A DNA stretch of 64,000 nt from a virus: positions 49,158 to 113,157 of IMG/VR virus record IMGVR_UViG_3300032282_001564, one strand, 5' to 3'. The notes beneath the pieces are model-generated. The model searched no databases. It was given only the letters and a program-made list of their open reading frames with translations, and was not told the DNA's origin. Made by a program: the position numbers and the translations under genes. Numbering within the stretch: the stretch's first letter is position 1; every line of letters begins with the position of its first letter. This document shows positions 57,147 to 64,000 of the stretch, one piece after another.

Positions 57147-58748
57147 TTATTCTCCTAGGTGTTCAAGTTTTTCTTCATCAAAATCGGATTCTTCTGTTTG
57201 TTCTTCGTCAGCAACTTCAAACAAAGCATCAAACATTGTTTGACTGTTAAATGCTTTCTTACCTTTGAATCCGCGAGTGCCTACAATTTCCATCCAATAG
57301 TATTTGTAGTATTCAATGATGGCCATTGAATCTTCTTTGGTAGGAGCGGCAAATATTGCTTCAACTGCATCTTCAAACTTGACAAAGTCGCCGGTGCTAC
57401 GTTGCATCATTGCTGGGCGGGTGCCTGAATCAAAACGTCTATTTGCTTCTTGTACTGCTGTAATATGCATCCAGACATTGTGTCCCATTAAGAGAGCATA
57501 GCTAAAACTATCCCAAGATGTTTTACCCCATTTGCCGTTTTTATTAACGTCGGGCAATAGATCATACATTTCAGGATCTTTAAAGTTTTCTTCTGTAAGT
57601 ACAACACCAGACTTAGGTACGCCGGGCCTGTAAATACAAATATCTTTCATTTGTAACAAATCGCTAATAGGACTATCTTCCCATCGGGGGTATATTCCAT
57701 CTGCCACGACTCCTTGACTCCACTTGCGAGTGTCAACTGCGTAGGCTTTATTGTCAGCCGATGGAGCCATACGGTAACTCCATTTATCACCATCGGGGAA
57801 TACGTTTTCAAAGTAAACTTGCCCGTTAGCGGTGGCCAAAAAAGGGCTGGCACAATCGAAACTGATTGTAAATTGGGGATTGACATATTTCCTCACCATA
57901 CGTTGTATAACTGTAAGTAATACTGCCCATTCTAATTTGCTTGTACCCAAGAAGTGCATCCAATCGTGTACGCCTTCTTGTAGTAAGTTATCATACTTTA
58001 ATGTGATCAATCGTTTAAGAATTAACTCAACGTCACACATATTCTGCCCACCCATTGACCAACCGTTAAAGTGTGTGTCCGGATAAACTGTAGGATCGCA
58101 ATAGTGTTTCATTGTTTGATACCATTCTTCGGCATCTTTATGATTAGCACCTTGTAACACGTTTAGTACTTTCATGCCGCCATTTTTAACTCCTTTGCGA
58201 TTCTTCATATAAAAATCGTTGTTAAACTTTGTAGCGTCTACTGCTTCTTTAAGTGTACTAATACCGCATTTTTCGCTGGCATTCTTATCGTGAATAACCC
58301 ACGTCGGAATATCAAGAGTCATGCCATATTCAGCAATGCCGTCAAGCCAAGCTAAAACTTGTTCGCGTTTTTTCTGAGCTTTCGGGCATCCTGAACCAGC
58401 TTTCCAATCTCCTTCCCATAGCCCTTTGGCAATCTGGAATCCACCAGAGTCGCCTAAGACTAGTGTGTTGGGATCTCGATTTCGAACCATGTCCTCGGAC
58501 CAATCTTGTTTGGTCAAGTCCAGGTTAGCATGGCCGCCGGAGTAAAGCGACCATTTATATGGGAACAGGGCTTGGTGTGCATTAAGCCAATTCATCTGTT
58601 CCATATCCGTTATACCCTGCGGAAAACGTGCAGGGTCTACATATTCTTCGTTACGTTGTTTGCCTACAAAGGTAGCATAGAAGCCGCTAATAGCCGGCAA
58701 AAATATTGCATAGTCGTTTTGTTTAGCAGTTAAGTTATCTTGGGTCAT
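57147..58748 (-). CDS. dpdA: TGT-fold transglycosylase (DpdA family, inserts 7-deazaguanine bases into DNA)
   Basis: 'GDSGGFQ', 'LDIP', 'VLQG', 'HFLG', 'SFDCASP'; no CxCxxC Zn site; located with folE/queD/queE. Confidence 0.8.
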   Translation of the reverse strand: MTQDNLTAKQNDYAIFLPAISGFYATFVGKQRNEEYVDPARFPQGITDMEQMNWLNAHQALFPYKWSLYSGGHANLDLTKQDWSEDMVRNRDPNTLVLGDSGGFQIAKGLWEGDWKAGSGCPKAQKKREQVLAWLDGIAEYGMTLDIPTWVIHDKNASEKCGISTLKEAVDATKFNNDFYMKNRKGVKNGGMKVLNVLQGANHKDAEEWYQTMKHYCDPTVYPDTHFNGWSMGGQNMCDVELILKRLITLKYDNLLQEGVHDWMHFLGTSKLEWAVLLTVIQRMVRKYVNPQFTISFDCASPFLATANGQVYFENVFPDGDKWSYRMAPSADNKAYAVDTRKWSQGVVADGIYPRWEDSPISDLLQMKDICIYRPGVPKSGVVLTEENFKDPEMYDLLPDVNKNGKWGKTSWDSFSYALLMGHNVWMHITAVQEANRRFDSGTRPAMMQRSTGDFVKFEDAVEAIFAAPTKEDSMAIIEYYKYYWMEIVGTRGFKGKKAFNSQTMFDALFEVADEEQTEESDFDEEKLEHLGE

Positions 58749-59353
58749 TTTGAAGTGTTTTGTAACAAGCGATAGTCGTCTGCGTAAACGTTTTTAAGTT
58801 TTTGTTCTAGACTCGGAGTAAGCCGACCACGTATGAAGTTACTAAGTTGATTATTGTCGTAATTAGTTTCTTTACTATTGTCGTCTAGGCCGTCTGTTAC
58901 ATTTAGCAAATGTCCTGTTATAGTAGAAATTGAATCAACCAATGTTTTATGATCAAGTGTAATATACAATCGTTTAACTATATTTGGTATTTCATTTATA
59001 AATACTGTCTGCGGTGCAGTATGATCATCAAACACGATGGTATCAAACAGTAGCCGTTCAACTGCTTCGTTGTAATCTGCAACAAAATGATCACTGCCGT
59101 AATTTTCGCCTAGCACATAAGAACACAAATAAGTGGAAATACCACTTACCCAACGTTCAACTGGATCTCGGAGGACAATAATAACATTTTTATATGTTCC
59201 GTTAGTTAAATTCCAATGAGTCCACCCATTGTCTTTAAGTAAGTTGGTAGTAAATGTACTAGCATTTTTGGGTATGTTTAGATAAAAGTATTCTTTATCA
59301 GGAGATAACATACCCCCACCAATTAAATGTCCGCGTTTGATCAAATTGAACAT
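58745..59353 (-). CDS. Sulfotransferase family 2-like protein
   Basis: 5'-PSB 'NIPKNAST', 3'-PB 'RDPVERWVSG', 'YADDY'. Confidence 0.8.
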   Translation of the reverse strand: MFNLIKRGHLIGGGMLSPDKEYFYLNIPKNASTFTTNLLKDNGWTHWNLTNGTYKNVIIVLRDPVERWVSGISTYLCSYVLGENYGSDHFVADYNEAVERLLFDTIVFDDHTAPQTVFINEIPNIVKRLYITLDHKTLVDSISTITGHLLNVTDGLDDNSKETNYDNNQLSNFIRGRLTPSLEQKLKNVYADDYRLLQNTSK

Positions 59354-60079
59354 TTACTTACTTTGTGCTGGTAACAAATAATGATAAACAGCAAGTCCAG
59401 AGTCCACAGTAATTTCTGCTACACCCTCGTCACTGATCTTAAATGTTTTGTCTCCTGGCAAGCTCAAGATGCTGTTGACTACAGCAACTGGCCAATATAG
59501 TTGTTTGCTAAGACTGCCACCACACCCTGGAGCAAAAGTAAAATTGCCAGCGTGGCTACTATGGTCACCGAAGTAAAACTTCAAATCACCATTTTCAGTC
59601 TTTGTGCTGAATGCAGTAGCATCACTATGTGCCATGCTTTGGAATTTAAGTTTCTGAATACTTTGTGCGGTTGGCACAATACTAACACCCCAGTTAATTT
59701 GTTTTTTCATTACAACATTTTTAAGCTGGTCGTTAATAATAGCCGCACTCATAAAGCGATAGTTATTTTTAAAGTCGCCTGTTTTGTTTTCAAAGTCAAT
59801 ACCACTTGGGTCCGTACCTTGTTTGGTTACTGTAATTTTAGCACTTTCTTTATATTCGGGAATATTAAGAATAGTGTTTAGTCGATCTAGGTTTGGCATA
59901 CCAAATGTGCCAACAAAGTCTGCTACCGGTGCTTTAAATTCTGCATTTAAAATAACAGTTTTAGTCTGTTGATCAAAAGCGTTAATAGTTGTTTCTGTTG
60001 ATGTGCCTGTAATTTTAATTAAGTTAATTACATTCAAGCCATATGTATGTTGTACAATATCTTTTAAGTGGTCAAGCAT
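59354..60079 (-). CDS. DNA polymerase sliding clamp-like protein (gp45-like)
   Basis: 241 aa near PolB; 'GTFGMPNL..L', 'YRFM', 'YHYLLPA' ending. Confidence 0.6.
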   Translation of the reverse strand: MLDHLKDIVQHTYGLNVINLIKITGTSTETTINAFDQQTKTVILNAEFKAPVADFVGTFGMPNLDRLNTILNIPEYKESAKITVTKQGTDPSGIDFENKTGDFKNNYRFMSAAIINDQLKNVVMKKQINWGVSIVPTAQSIQKLKFQSMAHSDATAFSTKTENGDLKFYFGDHSSHAGNFTFAPGCGGSLSKQLYWPVAVVNSILSLPGDKTFKISDEGVAEITVDSGLAVYHYLLPAQSK

Positions 60080-60102
60080 TTGTGTTCTCCGTAAGTGTTG
60101 TT

Positions 60103-60131
60103 AGTGTATAGGTATATTTAGAATTTGTCAA
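60103..60131 (-). promoter_or_regulatory. Sigma70 promoter
   Basis: TTGACA (60131-60126), 17 bp, TACACT (60108-60103). Confidence 0.75.
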
Positions 60132-61063
60132 TAGTTGTATCTTTTTATTTCGCCCAATGTTTGATGTGCTTTTGGTGTTTCAAGCATACCAGGTTTTTTA
60201 ACTTCAAGCCAGCTAATAGCCTGCTCACGTGCTTGGTCGCTAATAACTTCAAGTCCTAAACTTTCACATAAAGGTATCAACATACTCTTTGGCATGTATG
60301 TCATAAAGAAGTTCTCGGTATATCCGGCACCTGCTGGTCTATCACCATCGTTGTAGCTAAACAAAAACACACCGCCAGGGCGTAATAATTCTTTGGCGTG
60401 TTTAAGATATTCTTTTATTGTATCCAAACTTCTATAATTTAAAAAGTTCCAACACAATATAAAACTAAATTGGTTCTTTGGTAGTATACTTAGATCATGA
60501 TCTGGGGTTAGGTACACTCGTATTCTACGTTGATATTCTTCAGGGAAATCTTTAATAGCACTATCAGTAAATTCTCTGTAGTGGTCAACAATGTATAATG
60601 GGTCGGCACTAACCATGTGCTGTGTTAATTCTCCGTCCCTGCACCCAATTTCCAATGCTGGATATTGCCAACTTGTATAAAGCCTAATGCGGGTTACAAT
60701 CTCATCATAAATTTCATCACTTAACGGCAATACTCGAATTGTACGTATTTTTTCTACAGCATCGTACTTTAATTCTAGTTTATAGTTGTCACTAAAGAAT
60801 TTTTGCCCTTCAACAGATATGTATTCGTTAATGCTGTCTAATAATGATTTGTATAATTCGGTATTGTAACAAAGATTATCTTTGAGATTATTTAGATCAC
60901 TAGCAAGGCTGTGTACGTTATCTGTAAAGGTACTTGGAGTAGTACTGCCACGTATAGCGTATAAATTGTTTTGTAAAATATCGACGTCGGTTGTAATGGC
61001 ATTTGTGTTATATGCCTCTTGTAACCTATCTCGAAGTTGAACAATTTCGCTAAACTTTATCAT
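60128..61063 (-). CDS. Class I SAM-dependent methyltransferase with N-terminal helical extension
   Basis: 'ALEIGCRDG', 'LLRPGGVFLFS'. Confidence 0.8.
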   Translation of the reverse strand: MIKFSEIVQLRDRLQEAYNTNAITTDVDILQNNLYAIRGSTTPSTFTDNVHSLASDLNNLKDNLCYNTELYKSLLDSINEYISVEGQKFFSDNYKLELKYDAVEKIRTIRVLPLSDEIYDEIVTRIRLYTSWQYPALEIGCRDGELTQHMVSADPLYIVDHYREFTDSAIKDFPEEYQRRIRVYLTPDHDLSILPKNQFSFILCWNFLNYRSLDTIKEYLKHAKELLRPGGVFLFSYNDGDRPAGAGYTENFFMTYMPKSMLIPLCESLGLEVISDQAREQAISWLEVKKPGMLETPKAHQTLGEIKRYNY

Positions 61064-63720
61064 TCGAATGTAAACAAATCATCAAAGGTTGTTTTAATAT
61101 CTGTGCTTTCGGCAATACGCCACTCTAGTACACCTAATAAGTTCTCTACCTTTTGATCTACAATAGTCATTTCCATACTTGAATCATCAAACGGCAACTC
61201 TTTGAACCACTGCGGAATATGAGTTTCATCTGTTGGGTAACCCACGGATGTATATCCCACTGGATTGTCTTTGAGTTTACATACAACAGTTTTCATACCG
61301 TCTACAATAGTTGTAGAATAGTTGTCACCATGCATACGTTTTAGGTTATTCCAGTTCATCGCGGCACGAACGTGCCCGGGCATGTTGGCTCGACCTAGTC
61401 TAGCTTCTTCTGCTGAGTACTTGGTCAAGTTGTTTACACGCTTAGGTGTACCTTTTTCCCAAGCCGGGCGTTCAGCAAACAGCAATTTAAAATCTTTAAC
61501 CTTGGCAATAATGTGTTCTTTTTCTTTGCCAGTTAATACGTCTAGTAGAATATCACTTAAGAAGTCTTGTACTACTTTAGGTGTATCCGACCGCTTCAAG
61601 TCAAGACCCATGGCTTTAACTTTACCTGGCTTGCCGTGTGTATCTAAACGCACACCTTCCATATCAAAGATTAGTACAGCATAGCGTTTTTTCTTAATAA
61701 ACAAACCTTTGGCCGCAATAAGTTCGCGACCTGCTTTAATAATAGCACCCATGTCACGTGGACAATGGCAAGCACGTTCCATAAACGCAGGGAAGCTATC
61801 ATTTACAGAGTCGGCAATAGTGTCATATAGTTGTACACAGATTTCTCTGTTCCACTCCATTGAGCCTTTGTCTACTTCCTCTTTGATTTGCGGCCAGGCT
61901 GAGAAATAGACCGAGTCCGTGTCCCCGTAGATGATAGCGTCGCCGACATGGTTATACTCCCCCGTAATCGCTTCGTTGACATGACTGTCCATGTGCTTCG
62001 CGATGATACGCCCAGTGAGCGTAGTCGACTGGCCAATGCGTTGATCGAAGAAGCGACACCCCGGGTTAAGGATCGCGCCGTATAGCGAATTGAGGTTAAT
62101 TTTCTTAACGAGTTGCCTTTTATCCCAGAACGCTTGATCTTCCTTAGATGTTGCGGCTTTCTTTTTAGCTTGCATTTCTTTTCGTTCTGCATACCACCTT
62201 TCTAGCAGTCCGGGAATAATACCCTTCATGTCGAATCTAAATATTGTACCATTGGCACTTAATGTCCAAGGTTGATTACTATCGAATATTAGCCTCCACA
62301 CGTCTTTGGCGCTCATAACATCACTAGTACCGTCTTGCCAGTCTAGTGTTATTTCTGTTCCGGGCTCCATATTCATTACTGCTTGATACTCTAATGTACC
62401 AAACATATTTTCCCACGCATCAGCAAATGATGAACCAGCGGCCATCTTTTCCTTAATGTAGTGGTCGGTCATTATCGTCCGGAGTTGCCCGACGATTGTT
62501 TCCGGTCCCATGTTGAGGGCTCTAATAGCCGAGGGATAGAGCGAGTTGATATCGATTGCTCCGATGTACTCGTGAACCCCCCTTTTGGGATAAGCAACAT
62601 AGGCACCTGCGGCTTGAGTTTCTCCTTGATCATCTCTACTTCTCCTGTTTGGAACTATCATATTACGAGAATGAGCTTCATTGATAATAGCTTGTTCTGT
62701 AACAGCAACCGCACCCATTGTGGTTGGCAACAAAACAGTATTGTCATGAGCCAGTTCATTAGCTAGATCTAAGAAACGTAATTTCTTATCTAATCTAGCC
62801 AACAACATAGTATCCTGTCTATTGTAATCAATAAACTTTGGAAAATCTTTATTATAAAGTTGATCTAATGTACCTTCGTACTGTAACTTACGTTCATCAA
62901 GTTCGTATTCGCCAATGGCGTCCAAACTATAACTATGACGTTCTTCGTATGTGTATTTGCGATACAGTTGCATATAGTCCATATGCACACGACCAATTAA
63001 GTCAAACGTCAAGTTCTCTGCACCAAAGCGTTCAAAGGTACGTTGTTTTGGATATTGTCCCCACAGGCATAGACGTCGTGTATCGTCTTTGGACAGCACA
63101 CGGTGTACCCGCATGGTTACATACGGAATATCGAAGCCTTCTGAGTTCCAACCACTTAAAATATCTGCATCTTGTATCAAGTCCAAAAACGTGTCAAGCA
63201 TATCCTCTTCACGTTCAAATAGGAAACAGTTATCGTATTGTTTACAAATTTCGTCAGCAGTCTCCCAACTATAACTCTTAGGTGGAACCACCATAGTTAC
63301 AAGTTTATCCATCCAGTCTAGGTAAACTGAAATAGCAGTAATGGGATTGAATGGATCTTCGGGTTTACTAAAACCTCTAAGTGGATCAAAGTCCACCTCA
63401 ATGTCGAAGAAAGCTGTTTGTAGTTTGGGAGATTCTACACCTAAGTAATTGTCTTCAAGGCAACGGAAGATAGGATTAATATCCGACTCCCAAAGTCGTT
63501 TGTTTGAATTGACTTTTACTTCTTTGTGGAACTCTTTTGAATTGCGTGTAGTGAATCGGGTAACAGGCGTATCGTAAATGGTACGATGTTTTCCCCGAGG
63601 GTCATCATAGTAAAATGTGTAGTTAGCTGGATACTCGCGATAAACACGTTCTCCATTAACACGTTCTACTACATGAATACGATCTTTGTCTCTGTCAAAC
63701 AGAGCGTCAATATAACTCAT
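61060..63720 (-). CDS. Family B DNA polymerase
   Basis: Exo 'FDIEV', 'WNSEGFDIPY', 'YNRQD'; pol 'DINSLYPS', 'KINLNSLYG', 'YGDTDS', 'KKRY'; ATG at 63720 after AAGGAG. Confidence 0.97.
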   Translation of the reverse strand: MSYIDALFDRDKDRIHVVERVNGERVYREYPANYTFYYDDPRGKHRTIYDTPVTRFTTRNSKEFHKEVKVNSNKRLWESDINPIFRCLEDNYLGVESPKLQTAFFDIEVDFDPLRGFSKPEDPFNPITAISVYLDWMDKLVTMVVPPKSYSWETADEICKQYDNCFLFEREEDMLDTFLDLIQDADILSGWNSEGFDIPYVTMRVHRVLSKDDTRRLCLWGQYPKQRTFERFGAENLTFDLIGRVHMDYMQLYRKYTYEERHSYSLDAIGEYELDERKLQYEGTLDQLYNKDFPKFIDYNRQDTMLLARLDKKLRFLDLANELAHDNTVLLPTTMGAVAVTEQAIINEAHSRNMIVPNRRSRDDQGETQAAGAYVAYPKRGVHEYIGAIDINSLYPSAIRALNMGPETIVGQLRTIMTDHYIKEKMAAGSSFADAWENMFGTLEYQAVMNMEPGTEITLDWQDGTSDVMSAKDVWRLIFDSNQPWTLSANGTIFRFDMKGIIPGLLERWYAERKEMQAKKKAATSKEDQAFWDKRQLVKKINLNSLYGAILNPGCRFFDQRIGQSTTLTGRIIAKHMDSHVNEAITGEYNHVGDAIIYGDTDSVYFSAWPQIKEEVDKGSMEWNREICVQLYDTIADSVNDSFPAFMERACHCPRDMGAIIKAGRELIAAKGLFIKKKRYAVLIFDMEGVRLDTHGKPGKVKAMGLDLKRSDTPKVVQDFLSDILLDVLTGKEKEHIIAKVKDFKLLFAERPAWEKGTPKRVNNLTKYSAEEARLGRANMPGHVRAAMNWNNLKRMHGDNYSTTIVDGMKTVVCKLKDNPVGYTSVGYPTDETHIPQWFKELPFDDSSMEMTIVDQKVENLLGVLEWRIAESTDIKTTFDDLFTFE

Positions 63721-63786
63721 TTCTCTCCTTTGTGCGACTTTGAGCTCACACACACTCTACCTGTCCTTAAGTGGACGAACCTATAC

Positions 63787-63815
63787 ATTATACTAATTAA
63801 TTATCATTCTAGCAA
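63787..63815 (-). promoter_or_regulatory. Sigma70 promoter of the polymerase gene
   Basis: TTGCTA, 17 bp, TATAAT. Confidence 0.65.
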
Positions 63816-64000
63816 GAGCTATTAGATCAATTGTGCTCAGAAGCAAATAATTTGCTACCATACCAAAGGATCCTCTGGTCCAAGCGGCCCAGCAATAAAT
63901 TATGCATCCAGTAATCCAAAACGGATACATAAGTACCAGTGGTGGATTAGGTACTGTAAGCATCATAGCCACACTACAGCCGATGCTTAGGCACCATGCA
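63793..64000 (-). CDS. Partial membrane protein (3' end)
   Basis: ...AMMLTVPNPPLVLMYPFWITGC...TRGSFGMVANYLLL...*. Confidence 0.65.
   Translation of the reverse strand, partial: AWCLSIGCSVAMMLTVPNPPLVLMYPFWITGCIIYCWAAWTRGSFGMVANYLLLSTIDLIALARMIIN

Noticed and set aside
57147-58748. Canonical tRNA-guanine transglycosylase for queuosine
   Set aside because: It lacks the CxCxxC Zn site, is much longer and sits among phage replication and que genes without queC/queF/queA; DpdA fits better.
61060-63720. Intein or intron in PolB (or in thyA)
   Set aside because: Both ORFs are continuous and of normal size with no splicing or LAGLIDADG motifs.
1-64000. CRISPR array, tRNA/rRNA genes, IS elements or integrase
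   Set aside because: No regularly spaced repeats, cloverleaf-like sequences or transposase/recombinase motifs were noticed by eye, and intergenic gaps are very short.
1-64000. Stop-codon reassignment
   Set aside because: Conserved enzymes are full length in the standard code, and TAA, TAG and TGA all end genes.

Overview
A 64-kb segment of a large, AT-rich, gene-dense lytic-type tailed phage (standard genetic code; family B DNA polymerase, clamp-like protein, T4 RNase H-like nuclease, DHFR and ThyA). The + strand (1-31782) carries tail/virion genes, then a long 'decoration' cluster (three glycosyltransferase-like genes, six radical SAM enzymes, an SGNH protein, a 33-aa basic peptide, a flavin-dependent halogenase). 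It continues with a cell-wall hydrolase, a self-contained three-gene ParB-like/nuclease cassette, a MoxR-VWA pair and nucleotide/sugar enzymes. The - strand (34564-64000) carries replication genes, further modifying enzymes (APS kinase fusion, carbamoyltransferase, SGNH proteins, sulfotransferase, methyltransferase) and a dispersed 7-deazaguanine DNA-modification pathway: folE, queD, queE, a DpdA-type transglycosylase and a DpdL-like QueD paralog, with no queC in this window. That pathway is interleaved with a glycosyltransferase, GalE and a short DegT. The most notable unexplained signals are: (i) a preQ1-I-like pseudoknot riboswitch candidate with an SD-sequestering hairpin in the queD leader, and a second small pseudoknot in the folE leader; (ii) a possible glycosylated deazaguanine hypermodification; (iii) the radical SAM array; (iv) GC-rich recoded patches lying on conserved catalytic motifs; (v) a repeated TGTTG-N8-CAACA-like operator; (vi) two divergent genes whose start codons share one CATG. 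All functional calls come from motif recognition by eye; no searches were run.
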